Origin: an uncultured Gammaproteobacteria bacterium
GTDB lineage: Bacteria; Pseudomonadota; Gammaproteobacteria; CAWCPV01
DNA length: 64,000 nucleotides
Direction: 5' to 3'
Assembly (NCBI GenBank): GCA_963797555.1
Contig: CAWCPV010000004.1
Location: 320,001-384,000, forward strand
Shown: positions 34,151-44,893 of the stretch, piece by piece
Numbering within the stretch: position 1 is the first letter of the stretch
Layout of the letters: the number at the start of each line of letters is the position of its first letter
The notes under the pieces: generated by a model
What the model saw: only the letters and a program-made list of their open reading frames with translations
The model's database searches: none
What the model was told of the DNA's origin: nothing
Made by a program: the position numbers and the translations under genes

Positions 34151-35083
34151 TCAGTCGACCAACTCGACCCGGAATCCCTCCGGAGCGAGTGTCAGACGAA
34201 CGCCCTCTTGCTTGGATTTCAGGCGCATGACGACGCCCTTGTCGTTCTCCATGACGATGGCGAATCCGCCTTTGCCGAGCGTAGCCCCGGCAGCCCCGGA
34301 CACATAGGTGCCCCCGAAGTCCTGCAACTGTACCAGCTTGTACACGTCGCCGGAGGCGTCGATCTTCGAAAACCCGACATCCCCCGCAGACAAACCGCGC
34401 ACCTTGAAACGGTGGACCGAGCCGTCATCCAGGGTGAGCGTGCCGCTGCCCCATTCGAAGCCTAGACCGAGCGCTACCGCTTTGGCCTCTACTTGCACCG
34501 TGCCCGATACCTTGGGTGGGGGCACCACGGAGATGGCATAGGACTGGACGTAGCTGGCCTCGACCTGATCGCCCACCTTCACCTGCGTCAGGTCGACGCC
34601 CTTGGCGACCTCTAGGGTGACCGTCTTCTTGGCCCCCTGCAGCGTCACCGTGCGCTTCTGCGGGTCGCTGGCCTGCACCGTCGCGACGATGTTCAGGGTG
34701 TTGGTGATGGTCCCCCCCGGCATCTGGCCGGGCTGGGCTCGGGTCATCTCCACCGACTCCGCCCGCTCCCGGATCCCACTGCCTTTGGGCGCCAGCGCCA
34801 GGGCGAGTCCCTCGTAGTATTCCACCAGGACTTGGTCGCCCCGCTTGACCTGGGCGAGGTTGCGCACCTCCGGTCCGGCAGTGAAGGTCCAGGTCTTGCC
34901 GTCTTCTCCCTGCAACGTGACCTGCCGGGTCTGTTGGTCGATGGCCACGACGGTGGCCATGGTGGCGACCGCGCCTGCCACTCCGGCAGCGGGCATCTGG
35001 GTCTGCTCCGCCTGGGCGGACAAGACCATGGGTGCGGTGAGCGCGATGAGGAATGCTGCGACTGAAGGCATTGTGCGTCTCAT
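34151..35083 (-). CDS. Exported protein with two repeated beta domains plus a DUF1134-like C-terminal domain
   Basis: Signal peptide; duplicated 'ATVxAxD...VTLQG...L.QVK.GDQV'; C-terminal 'GLGFEWGSGTL...F.GTY...MENDKGV'. Confidence 0.7.
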   Translation of the reverse strand: MRRTMPSVAAFLIALTAPMVLSAQAEQTQMPAAGVAGAVATMATVVAIDQQTRQVTLQGEDGKTWTFTAGPEVRNLAQVKRGDQVLVEYYEGLALALAPKGSGIRERAESVEMTRAQPGQMPGGTITNTLNIVATVQASDPQKRTVTLQGAKKTVTLEVAKGVDLTQVKVGDQVEASYVQSYAISVVPPPKVSGTVQVEAKAVALGLGFEWGSGTLTLDDGSVHRFKVRGLSAGDVGFSKIDASGDVYKLVQLQDFGGTYVSGAAGATLGKGGFAIVMENDKGVVMRLKSKQEGVRLTLAPEGFRVELVD

Positions 35084-35156
35084 GCTGTGCTCCTTCCAAG
35101 GTGGTGAAAAGCTTTGCCAAAACCAGTGCCGCGGGCCAAGGCCAAGCCGCGCGGCT

Positions 35157-35726
35157 CTAACGAACGCTTGCCGTGGTACCGAACCTCGGCGGTGCGACGG
35201 TAGCGAGGCCGACCATGCCCCACCCGACGAAAAGTAATCTGATCCCGACCAGGGTGCCCACGGCCCAAACCCCGGTAAGGGGCCATTCACGCAGGAGCAA
35301 AATCCCCAGGAGCAGCGACACGAGACCGCCAAAGAGCAGCCAGCCCCAGCCTTTCGCGGGCTTCGCCGCAAACGACGCCCCGATCTCGAACACGCCGTCC
35401 GCGAAGAAGTAGGCAGCGAGCACCAGCGTCAGGGAAGCCAGCCCCAACAGCGGCTGGGCGAGCATTATGGCGCCACAGGCAAGGCTCACCCCGCCCAGCA
35501 GAAAGGCCAGGAGTCCTCGCCCGAACGATCCGGCCTTGAAGGCCCAGACCAAGCGGACAATCCCAGCCGCCACCAGCAACGCCCCTACCAGCAGCGACAC
35601 GGCTACCCCCGTCAGGAACGGCGCCAGGATGGCCAAGGTCCCGAAAACGATCACCACGACGCCCCAGATCACCAAGCGCTTGCCGCCTGGCTCCATCCGC
35701 TTCAATGCCTCGTTCGATCGACTCAT
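35157..35726 (-). CDS. HdeD/DUF308 membrane protein
   Basis: About 6 TM segments; 'GWGWLLFGG...WPLTGVWAVGTLVGI'. Confidence 0.85.
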   Translation of the reverse strand: MSRSNEALKRMEPGGKRLVIWGVVVIVFGTLAILAPFLTGVAVSLLVGALLVAAGIVRLVWAFKAGSFGRGLLAFLLGGVSLACGAIMLAQPLLGLASLTLVLAAYFFADGVFEIGASFAAKPAKGWGWLLFGGLVSLLLGILLLREWPLTGVWAVGTLVGIRLLFVGWGMVGLATVAPPRFGTTASVR

Positions 35727-36297
35727 GCTGTGTTTCCTTCTCGTATCTCGATTTTTGGGAGCCCCCGCAAACGAGCCCCGAGGGTCCTCCGGAACCGCAC
35801 AGGGGTCTCTCGCGGCCTGACCGAAACTCAAGATCCCGTGCGGGAGGCATCGACCTGACCCTATCTAATGGCTCAGAGCGCTCAAGTCATCGCCGAACGG
35901 CCATCTCGTCGGGCCGCGAAAGCATCTCACAAAGAGGCTGCGCCCACAATGCCCCGGTCGGCGGAACACCCGGTCCCGTCAGAGCCCATCGATGAGTACA
36001 GGTGTTGAGTGGTTGGGTTGGGGGGTCTGATGAGGTGTGACGATGACCGGTCACCGCTCGACGACGGCGCCCCCTGGGCCGCGGACGGGGCGTATCCAAT
36101 GCCTCCTGCAGCCTGGCCGCGGCTAGAGCGAGGAGGTGGATGCCAAGATAGTCCCTTCCACAAGGCCCTCACTGCACGGCCAGACTTCAGGCTGCCGGTC
36201 CGGCGGCCCTCGGCCAGAGCCCTTCAACTGCTCCGGTCCCGAGATCAATCCATCGGATGGTCGCCGCCTCCCGTTCCGGGGGCGGAGTTCTTTCCCC

Positions 36298-37212
36298 TCA
36301 TTCCACCGTCACCGCCTGCGTCTCCGGCGGCAGATGAGCGGCGAGGGTCTCGGCCAGGCGCGTGGTGGTCTGCGTCACGGGGGAACGGCGGCGCCAGACC
36401 AGGCCGATCACGCGGGAGGCCACCGGCGGGGCCAGTGGTCTCAGCACCACGTGCCTACGCGTCGGCTTGAGCGCCCCGCTGGCCCGCACCGGCATGAGCG
36501 TCACCCCCAGGCCCATGCCCACCATCTGGCGCAGGGTTTCCAGGCTGGTGGCGCGGATCTCTTCGTTCTTCAGACCCTCCAGGTGGCACGCCTCCAGCGC
36601 CTGGTCTCGTAGGCAATGACCTTCCTCGAGCAACAGCAGACCGGCCCCGGGCAGATCGTGGATGTCCACCTGCGGGGCCTTCGCCAGCGCATGGTCGCCA
36701 GGCAACGCGGCTAACTAAGAAGGGCTCCCGGAAGAGCGGCGCCACCTGCAGGCTGGGGTTGTTGACGGGCAAGGCCAGCAGGCCCGCGTCCAGGGTGCCT
36801 TCCGCCAGTTGGGCGAGCAGGTGGGGAATCATCTCCTCCCTGAGCAGCAGCCGCAGCTTGGGATGGACCCGGCGCACCAGGGTGATCGCGTGCGGCAGGT
36901 AATAAGGCCCCAGGGAGGGATGACGCCCAGGTGCACGGTGCGGTCCATGGGATCCCCGGCGTGGCGCGCCAGGCCCCGTATGCGGTCGGCCTCTTCGACC
37001 ACACGCCGGGACGAATCCACGATCTCCCGGCCGATGGGCGTGGGACTGACCTGCTTGAGGCTGCGGTCGAAAAGGGTGACCCCCAGGAAGTTCTCCAGCT
37101 TCTTCACGCCCGTCGAGAGGGTCGACTGGCTGACGAAGCAGGCATCGGCCGCCCGCCTGAAGTGGCCGGTGTCCGCCAGGGCCACCACGTAGCGCAGCTC
37201 TTGCAAGGTCAC
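36298..37212 (-). CDS. oxyR: OxyR-like LysR regulator (2 frameshifts)
   Basis: 'HFRRAADACFVSQSTLS', 'LLLEEGHCLRDQALEAC', 'ATSLETLRQMV'; divergent from catalase. Confidence 0.88.
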
Positions 37213-37341
37213 GGCGTCATCGATTCAATCGGTAGATTGGGCCATTCTAGATAACTCATTGGATAGATAGAACGGTCTGGGTTCTAATGTCCGCACCTCC
37301 CGTCCAGCGGAGGGCCGACTGCCCGAACCCAGGAGACCGAC

Positions 37342-38808
37342 ATGAGCAAATGCCCCGTCATGACCACCTACGCCGGCATTCCAGTTGCCGACAACCAGAA
37401 CTCCGTGACCGCCGGGCCCCGCGGGCCGCTGCTGATGCAGGATTTCCAGCTTATCGAGAAGATGGCCCACTTCAACCGCGAGCGCGTGCCCGAGCGTGTG
37501 GTACACGCCAAGGGTGCCGGCGCATACGGCAAACTCTCGGTCACCGCCGGCCTCTCCAAATACACCCGCGCCAGGCTGTTCTCCAAGGCGGGCAACGCTT
37601 GCGAGGCATTCGTGCGCTTCTCCACCGTGGCGGGTGAGCTGGGATCGGCCGACACGGTCCGCGACCCCCGCGGCTTCGCCGTCAAGTTCTACACGGAGGA
37701 GGGCAACTGGGATCTGGTAGGCAACAACACGCCGGTGTTCTTCGTCCGCGACCCGCTCAAGTTCTCGGACTTCATCCACAGCCAGAAGCGTGACCCGGCC
37801 ACCGGCATGCGCGACAACACCATGCAGTGGGACTTCTGGAGCTTGTCTCCCGAGTCCCTGCACCAAGTGACTTGGCTGTTCGGCGACCGGGGGATCCCCG
37901 CCACGTACCGTCACATGAACGGCTACAGCAGCCACACCTATAGTCTGTGGAACGACCAGGGCGAGCGGTACTGGGTGAAGTGGCACCTCAAGACCCTGCA
38001 GGGCATCCGGTGCCTCGCCGCGGGCGAGGCCGCGCGCATTGCCGCAGACGACCCCGACTACCATCGTCGCGACCTCTACGAGGTCATCGAGCGGGGTGAC
38101 TACCCGAAGTGGCGGGTCATGGTGCAGATCATGCCGGAGCCCGAGGCCGAGACCTACCCCTTGAATCCCTTCGACCTCACCAAGGTGTGGCCGCACGGAG
38201 ATTACCCGCTCGTCGAGGTTGGCCTCCTGGAGCTGAACCGCAATCCACAGAACTATTTCGCAGAAGTCGAGCAGGCGGCCTTCGAGCCCTCCAACCTGCC
38301 TCCGGGCTTCGGTGCCTCGCCGGACAAGATGCTGCAAGCGCGGCTCCTGTCCTATCCGGATGCGCACCGCTACCGCATCGGCATCAACTACGGTGCGCTG
38401 CCGGTGAACAAGCCCCGCTGCCCGGTGCATAGCTATCATCGGGACGGCCACGTGCGCTTCGACGGCAACTTCGGGGGCGCGCCCAATTACCAGCCCAACT
38501 CCTTCGGTGGGCCGGTGGATGACGCGTCTTACCGCGAGCCGCCGCTGAAGGTCTCGGGCGACGCCGACCGCTACGATCACCGGGCGGGCAACGACGACTA
38601 CGCCCAGGCGGGCGACCTCTACCGCCTCATGGGGGCGGATGGAAAGACCCGGCTGGTGGACAGCATCGTCGGTGCCATGGCGTCCGTGCCGCGGGAGATC
38701 CAGATGCGCCAGATCGGCCACTTCCACAAGGCCGATGCGGACTACGGCCGGCGCGTGGCGGAGGGCCTGGGGATCGACATCCAGGATGCCATCGGCAAGG
38801 CCGCGTAG
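37342..38808 (+). CDS. katA: Monofunctional heme catalase
   Basis: '[13 protein letters not shown]', '[12 protein letters not shown]', '[12 protein letters not shown]'. Confidence 0.96.
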   Translation: MSKCPVMTTYAGIPVADNQNSVTAGPRGPLLMQDFQLIEKMAHFNRERVPERVVHAKGAGAYGKLSVTAGLSKYTRARLFSKAGNACEAFVRFSTVAGELGSADTVRDPRGFAVKFYTEEGNWDLVGNNTPVFFVRDPLKFSDFIHSQKRDPATGMRDNTMQWDFWSLSPESLHQVTWLFGDRGIPATYRHMNGYSSHTYSLWNDQGERYWVKWHLKTLQGIRCLAAGEAARIAADDPDYHRRDLYEVIERGDYPKWRVMVQIMPEPEAETYPLNPFDLTKVWPHGDYPLVEVGLLELNRNPQNYFAEVEQAAFEPSNLPPGFGASPDKMLQARLLSYPDAHRYRIGINYGALPVNKPRCPVHSYHRDGHVRFDGNFGGAPNYQPNSFGGPVDDASYREPPLKVSGDADRYDHRAGNDDYAQAGDLYRLMGADGKTRLVDSIVGAMASVPREIQMRQIGHFHKADADYGRRVAEGLGIDIQDAIGKAA

Positions 38809-39077
38809 CAGAACAGCGGGCCGCCCGCCCCGCACGGGCGGCCTGCATGCGGCTGCCATGGGTACGCGAGGCATCTCATGAGCGGATTGCACCATCGTTA
38901 CGCTGAGCGGCCCGATGGATCGGAGCACGCCGCGGTCGGCAGCGGCCCGCTGACCCAAGTCATAAGTCCGCAGGAGACGCCGGGTCGATCGGCGGCTTCG
39001 TGCTGACGATGGCGATGATTCTCCACACCGCACTCGGCTGAGGGTGGTTCCCCATTTCCCAACGACAGGAGCGAAAC

Positions 39078-39644
39078 ATGGCCAAGGCACTGAAGAAGAC
39101 CAAGACCGACCAGCCCTTCCTCAGCGACATCAAGACGCTGCGCGAGCGTGCACGCAAGCACCTGGAAAACGGCGCGGTGACCGCCGGCTACCGGGCCGAC
39201 CGGGACACGGTGCTCAAGCTGCTGAACGAGGCGCTGGCCACCGAGCTGGTCTGTATCCTGCGCTACAAGCGCCACTACTTCATGGCAAGCGGCATCAACG
39301 CTGACGCCGTAGCCCAGGAATTCCTCCAGCACGCCAACGAGGAGCAGATGCACGCCGACCAGATCGCCGCGCGCATCGTGCAGCTCCAGGGCGAGCCCAA
39401 CTTCAGCCCGGAGGGGCTGGCCACCCGCAGCCACGCGGAGTACGTGGAAGGGGACGACCTGGCCGACATGATCAAGGAAGACCTTGTGGCCGAGCGCATC
39501 GCCATCGACAGCTATGGCGAGATGATCCACTACATCGGTGACAAGGACCCGACCACGCGGCGCATGCTGGAAGGGATTCTGGCCATGGAGGAGGAGCACG
39601 CGGACGACCTCGCCAGTCTGCTGGAGGATCTTCAGAAGGTATAG
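39078..39644 (+). CDS. Bacterioferritin/Dps-like ferritin protein
   Basis: 'LNEALATE...RYKRH', 'EEQMHAD', 'EDLVAERIAI', 'EEEHADD'. Confidence 0.9.
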   Translation: MAKALKKTKTDQPFLSDIKTLRERARKHLENGAVTAGYRADRDTVLKLLNEALATELVCILRYKRHYFMASGINADAVAQEFLQHANEEQMHADQIAARIVQLQGEPNFSPEGLATRSHAEYVEGDDLADMIKEDLVAERIAIDSYGEMIHYIGDKDPTTRRMLEGILAMEEEHADDLASLLEDLQKV

Positions 39645-39908
39645 AGTTGCCCATCAGCGGTGCCGCCGTCGAACGGTGCCAGGGACGGCCGGCCTGCCCT
39701 ACGTGCGAGTGCTCGGAGATCTCCGTCGCGTTCGTGCTTGCCGGCGATGCCGTCGTGCTCGCCCGATCCTTATTGGTGTTCGACGCCTTCCAGAGGTTGC
39801 CTCCCGAGTGTCGGGGCGGCGCCAGGGTGTCATGGTGGGCGCAAGGAGTTCGGCGCCCGCAGTGGGCGTGACGGGCAGGGGGAGAAGCGGAACTGCGGAA
39901 AGATCTGG

Positions 39909-40589
39909 CTACTCTCCACTCACATCGGCAATGATTGCAATTCGCCTGCCGACACCCCGCACGCGGAGCGTGATCTTGTCGCTGACGACGCCCGGGAGGC
40001 CCTCCATCCCGAATTCGGAGCGGCTGATCTCGCTGGTTGCGCAGAACGTCATCTCCCGCTCCGGGGTCTTCGGGTCGAACTCCTCGAAGGCGTAGCCCAC
40101 GTCGAAGCTTGCGGGACGGGTTACGCCGAGCAGCGTCAGCTTACCCGTGAGGCGCGCCTTTCCGTTGCCAGTCAATTGTATCCCCGTGCTTACAAACCGA
40201 ATCTCGGGATACCGCTGTACGTCGAAGAATTCCTCGCCCGTTACCATCCTGTCGATGATCTTGCTGCGGGTGTCCACGCTGGCGGGTTCCAGCACCACAT
40301 CCACATGGCTGCGCTCCAGGGCAGTCGGCGGGATCACGAAGCCGCCTTCGAAGTCTGCGAAGGTCCCGCGCACTTCAGAGAAGGGGAAGTGAGAGACACG
40401 AAACTCCATCCGGGACGCTTTCTTATCCAGGACATATCGGCCCGCCACGTGCGCCGGCGAGATCGCGACGCGGTTCGCGCCGTGGTTTGGAATATCGCAG
40501 GGGTCGCTCGCAGAGGCGGCGCTTGCCGTTAGGATCGCGAGCGCGAAGACACTCGCCAGCCTCTGAAGAAGATTTATGAACAGAACCAT
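39909..40589 (-). CDS. YceI-family periplasmic protein
   Basis: 'F.VSH..FS..RG.F', 'FFDVQRYPEIRF.S', 'G.LTL.GVT', 'RSEFG'. Confidence 0.85.
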   Translation of the reverse strand: MVLFINLLQRLASVFALAILTASAASASDPCDIPNHGANRVAISPAHVAGRYVLDKKASRMEFRVSHFPFSEVRGTFADFEGGFVIPPTALERSHVDVVLEPASVDTRSKIIDRMVTGEEFFDVQRYPEIRFVSTGIQLTGNGKARLTGKLTLLGVTRPASFDVGYAFEEFDPKTPEREMTFCATSEISRSEFGMEGLPGVVSDKITLRVRGVGRRIAIIADVSGE

Positions 40590-41183
40590 GCGGTTATATT
40601 CCCATTCCGGTTAGCAAGAATTAGCATATTAGTGGACTCTACTATATCATCAGGAATCGCGTCAAGGGCTCCCGATTTGCCAGAACTGCCCCGGTTTCGC
40701 TCCCCGGGGCTAGCCAGCGTGTGCGGTGGCCCTGCGTGATGGGTCCTGTCCTGGCGGGTCCATGCGCCTTTGCGGCGCGTCGGCTGCGCCGGGAGCACAG
40801 CGCGAGAGCCGGATACGGCCGGGCACATGGGCGCGGCAATCCTACGGGAAGAGTCTTGCCTCAGCACTTTTGGAAGCTTGAAGATCGCCGCAGCCCAGAG
40901 CGCAGGGCGGCGGAGGAGCCCCCCGCAGAGCCTACCGTTTCGTCAGCCGCGTGGGGATCTGGGCGACGTCCGCGGCGTCAATTGTGCCTGGGGTGCTGAG
41001 TAGAGAAGTGAGGCTCGCCCGAGGCTCCGCGCTCTTCACCAGCGAACCGTCTTGTTGGGCTGCCGGCCTGGAGTCTCGGACCGCCCGGCACCGGAAGGCG
41101 ATGGCGGATACGCCGAGGGATGCGCAGGAGACGGATGCTTGACGAGTCCGAAGGCCATCGAGCATCGCCCGATGAGCCCCTCG

Positions 41184-41585
41184 CTATGGGTGTCCGGCTG
41201 AGAGCTTGCGAATAGATCTGCTGGCTGTCCCGATAGCGGCGTGCTCGCCTATCGACCGGGGAGGTCTCGTAGCCGCGCTCCGGGAGCCTGACGACTCTCG
41301 GGCCGCTCGCGACGAATCCTCACAAGCCTTGAGCGGCCGTGCGGTGATCAGGCCTTCTGCGGGCCCGATGCTGCAAACGCCGCCGTAGACGCTCATGATG
41401 GACTTGAGTTCGGATAAGACGGACCGGCGTTCGGCCTCACACAGCGGCGCCAAGTCTGCGGGTACTTCTCCGCGTTCCGCGCGAGCCATCATTTCCACGA
41501 CGTAGCGGCAGCCTCGCCGACAGACGGTCTCGAGGACGTGGTCGATGGAACCGAGCGGGCTGCGGTTGACGGAGCTTCGGGGCAT
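41184..41585 (-). CDS. Small hypothetical protein
   Basis: 'LETVCRRGC...VLSELKSIMSVY' is protein-like. Confidence 0.5.
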   Translation of the reverse strand: MPRSSVNRSPLGSIDHVLETVCRRGCRYVVEMMARAERGEVPADLAPLCEAERRSVLSELKSIMSVYGGVCSIGPAEGLITARPLKACEDSSRAARESSGSRSAATRPPRSIGEHAAIGTASRSIRKLSAGHP

Positions 41586-41647
41586 GCCGGCCAGATTATA
41601 CAGCGCCGGCCGGTTCCCTTGTAGTCGGAACGAAGTCCGCGTGGCGC

Positions 41648-42796
41648 TAGTGTAGTGCTTCATTCTGTTTAGAACTTAAACGTGCGTTGGCGCGGATGAC
41701 CTTCTGCAGGATGTCCTTAGCCTTGGCGGTCCAGATGAAGGGTTTGGGATTGGCGTTGTGGGCATCGACATAGCGGTTGATGGCATGGATCAACTCGGGG
41801 ACGCTTCGAAACACGCCACGGCGCAACCGATCCACAGTCAGGTCGCGGAAGAATCGCTCGACCATGTTCAACCAGGATGCTGAGGTGGGCGTGAAATGGA
41901 TGTGGAAACGCGGGTGTTTTCCCAGCCATTTCTGAACGTTGGGATGTTTGTGGGTGGCGTAGTTGTCACAGACCAAGTGCAGTTCCTTGTCCTTGGGCGT
42001 CTCGCGGTCGATTTGGCGCAGGAAGGTGAGCCACTCCGTGTGGCGATGGTGCGGCTCGCAGCGGGCAATCACGGAACCCTCCAAGGTGTTCAGGGCAGCA
42101 AACAGTGTCGTGGTGCCATGGCGCTTGTAGTCATGGGTCATGGTCGCAGCCCGCCCCTTCTTCAGCGGCAGGCCAGGTTGGGTACGATCCAGCGCCTGAA
42201 CCTGACTCTTCTCGTCGCAGCACAACACCAAAGCATGCTCCGGGGGGGACAGATACAGCCCGACGATGTCCTCCAACTTCTCGGTGAATTTCGGGTCGCG
42301 CGATACCTTGAAGGATTCGACACGATGCGGCTTCAGCCCATGGGCATGCCACACGCGCAGCACCGTGGTGTCGCTCACTCCGTCCGCGTACTCCACTGTG
42401 TCGCTGCTAAGGGCTGGGTCTGAGTCGTGCGTCGCACGATCTCGGCGGCATCCACCTTGGGCTGACGACCTCCGCGCGGCAGGTCACACTCGATGGCCGC
42501 CAGCCCGCCTTGCGCATAGCGCTCCCGCCAACGCCCAACCTGCACACGCCCAATCTTGAGTTCCGCCGCGATGGCCTTGTTCTCCATGCCCACCGCCGCC
42601 AACAGCACAATGCGCGCTCGGCGGGCCAGCCTCACACTCGTGGTGTTCGAACGCGACACACGCCTCAGGCTCCGCTGTTCTTCCGCGCTCAGTCGGACCA
42701 TCGGGGCTACTCGCATCAGTGCTCTCCTGTCTTGGCTTCATAGCCCTGGACAGCGATAGATCATATATGTTCCGTTAATTACCAAGCACTACACTA
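41648..42796 (-). mobile_element. IS630-family element; transposase frameshifted near 42385
   Basis: Terminal inverted repeats TAGTGTAGTGCTT and AAGCACTACACTA including TA; 'DEKSQVQAL', 'HDYKRHGT', 'DNYATH', '[10 protein letters not shown]'. Confidence 0.93.
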
Positions 42797-43342
42797 GAGA
42801 CCGGTCTCCAGGCGCGCTACGGCAGACATGCGCTCCGGCGTCCAGCGGGGCTCGAGCACCAGCTCCACATGGGCGGCTTCGACCGTAGGGATCAGCTCGA
42901 TGCGGCTTTTCACGTCATCCGCCAGCCACTGTGCCATGCCGCAGCTCGGCTCCGTAAGGGTCATCTTGACGAAGACCTCGCGGGCATCGTTGCCGCGCGG
43001 CTCGACGCGGCACTCGTAGATCAGGCCGAGATCCACGATGTTGACGGGAACCTCCGGGTCGTAGCAGGTTTTCATTTGCTCCCACACCAGCTTCTCGACG
43101 TCCGCATGGGTGGCTTCGGTGGGCAGCTCGGGCGTGGCCGGCCGGGTCCTGCCCAGGGCGTCGGCGTCCGCTCCCGCGATTCGGAACATGTGCCCGCGCA
43201 CGTAGACCGTGAAGTTACCACCGAGCGCCTGGGTGAGGGTGCCGACCGTGCCTTTGGGCAGACTCACATCCACACCCTCAGGGACGGCGACGGCCTGGCA
43301 ATCCCTGACGAGCGTCACTGGCTCCTTGACTTTTCCGTACAT
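42794..43342 (-). CDS. sufT: Fe-S cluster assembly protein SufT (DUF59)
   Basis: 'TQALGGNFTV', 'CYDPEVPVNIVDLGLIY', 'MTLT.P.CGM'. Confidence 0.88.
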   Translation of the reverse strand: MYGKVKEPVTLVRDCQAVAVPEGVDVSLPKGTVGTLTQALGGNFTVYVRGHMFRIAGADADALGRTRPATPELPTEATHADVEKLVWEQMKTCYDPEVPVNIVDLGLIYECRVEPRGNDAREVFVKMTLTEPSCGMAQWLADDVKSRIELIPTVEAAHVELVLEPRWTPERMSAVARLETGL

Positions 43343-43578
43343 GGCGGTTTCCCTCGCTATGAAGGCCGATGAGCTCCCTGGGGCCGCAAAGGAGATACGA
43401 AGCAGAGTAGCGCAGTTGCCCTTGCGTGGATAGCGTGTGGGCGCCGTGGCCGGATCCGGCGGCGGCCCGGCGAGGACGCGTGCCGCGACGGCTGGGCCGA
43501 CAGGGAGGGTGCTTCACTTTCGCTCGTCGTCCTGGCACTGGCACTTGACGTCCCCAACCTCTAAAGACAGGATAGCTC

Positions 43579-43714
43579 AGAGCTAGTGAGGAAATCGTCG
43601 CGAGCGGGCACAGATCAAGGCGTACGGAGCCCAGCGACAAGACCTGTCAAGTCCAGGAGCGAGCCGCGCGCAACGCCGCGATCGGGACAGACAGCAGATT
43701 CATTCACAAGCTCT
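43579..43714. repeat. Degenerate MITE-like dispersed repeat, copy 2
   Basis: Imperfect terminal IR AGAGCTAGTGAGGAAATC / GATTCATTCACAAGCTCT; similar to 11266-11399. Confidence 0.6.
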
Positions 43715-43836
43715 CCGTCTCGGTGCCTCGGGAGCTTCAGGTCTGGCCCGCTTGCGCCGCCAAGCCGGAAGCCGGGTGCGATTGCGGAAGCTCCCGAAGC
43801 AGCCACGGTCGGCTCGGACAGCTAAAGGAGATCGCG

Positions 43837-44313
43837 ATGCTTCGTCGACGATGTGCTTCTCTCGCCGTTGTGCTGGTACTACAGCTTCAACAGGCATGGG
43901 CCGACACCTCCGCCGAGCCGGTAGGCGTTATCAAGGTGGCGACGGGCGCGGTGTCCATCGAGCGCGAGGGCAAGACACTGCCCGCCACGGTCGGGACGCG
44001 GGTCCGGCAGTCGGACCGCATCGTCACGGGCAAGGACGGATCGGTCGGCATCGCCTTCCACGACGACAGTCTGCTTTCGTCCGGCCCCAATACCGTGCTC
44101 GCGATCGATCGCTTCGCCTTCGACAGTACCACCAACGAAGGCAACTTCGATGCTTCGCTCAAGCGCGGCACTCTGTCGGTGGTCTCCGGCAAGATCGCCA
44201 AGCAGTCGCCCGGTGCGATGAAAGTGCGCATGCCAGCGGCGGTGCTGGCAGTGCGTGGGACGGAGTTCGCGCTCAAGGCCGTTCCCGCCTGCGGCGGAGT
44301 GGGAAATGAATAG
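43837..44313 (+). CDS. FecR-domain exported protein
   Basis: Signal peptide; 'DRIVTGKDGSVGIAFHDDS...GPNT', 'AVRGTEF'. Confidence 0.85.
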   Translation: MLRRRCASLAVVLVLQLQQAWADTSAEPVGVIKVATGAVSIEREGKTLPATVGTRVRQSDRIVTGKDGSVGIAFHDDSLLSSGPNTVLAIDRFAFDSTTNEGNFDASLKRGTLSVVSGKIAKQSPGAMKVRMPAAVLAVRGTEFALKAVPACGGVGNE

Positions 44314-44893
44314 GCCGCTCGCTCTGCTGTTCTGTGCGCTGCTCTGCGCGGGTTGTGCCCCACGCGACATGGTCGTGCTCCTTCCGAGCAAAGACGGGCA
44401 TGCCAGCCAACTGGTCGTCACCCAGGACGGACGGGACACCGTGCTCGACACCCCCTATGCGTCGGTCCGTACCGACGCGCTGGGAGAGGTGGCCAAGACG
44501 AAGTCCAGCCCGCGCCAGGTACAGCGGGTGTTCGGCGCGTCGTTAGCGGCTCAGCCCATGCGCCCAGTCTCTTTCCTGCTCTATTTCGTGTCCGGTACGG
44601 ACGAGCTGACGCCGGAGTCACAGCGTGAGGTGGAGCGCATTTTCGCCGAGATCGCGCGTCGCCCCGCGCCCGAGATCACGGTCATCGGCCATACGGATCG
44701 GGTCGGCTCGGTGCGCGATAACGATCTCCTGTCCCGGCACCGAGCCGAGAAGGTGCGCAACGACCTGATCACGCGCGGTTTTCCGCCCGAGGGAATCTAT
44801 GCGGCCGGGCGCGGCGAGCGGGAGCCCTTGGTGCCTACGGCCGACGAAGTGAAGGAGCCGCGCAACCGGCGGGTGGAAATCAGCGTGCGCTGA
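44306..44893 (+). CDS. OmpA-family lipoprotein
   Basis: Lipobox 'LCAGC'; 'IGHTDRVG...N..LS..RA', 'RNRRVEI'. Confidence 0.9.
   Translation: MNRPLALLFCALLCAGCAPRDMVVLLPSKDGHASQLVVTQDGRDTVLDTPYASVRTDALGEVAKTKSSPRQVQRVFGASLAAQPMRPVSFLLYFVSGTDELTPESQREVERIFAEIARRPAPEITVIGHTDRVGSVRDNDLLSRHRAEKVRNDLITRGFPPEGIYAAGRGEREPLVPTADEVKEPRNRRVEISVR

Noticed and set aside
36298-37212. oxyR and other split genes as true pseudogenes or programmed frameshifts
   Set aside because: Indels cannot be told apart from sequencing error without reads, and motifs are otherwise intact.
37225-39090. Long antisense ORFs (also 20752-22095, 49254-51083, 57231-59141, 61071-62792)
   Set aside because: Shadow frames of real genes in high-GC DNA.
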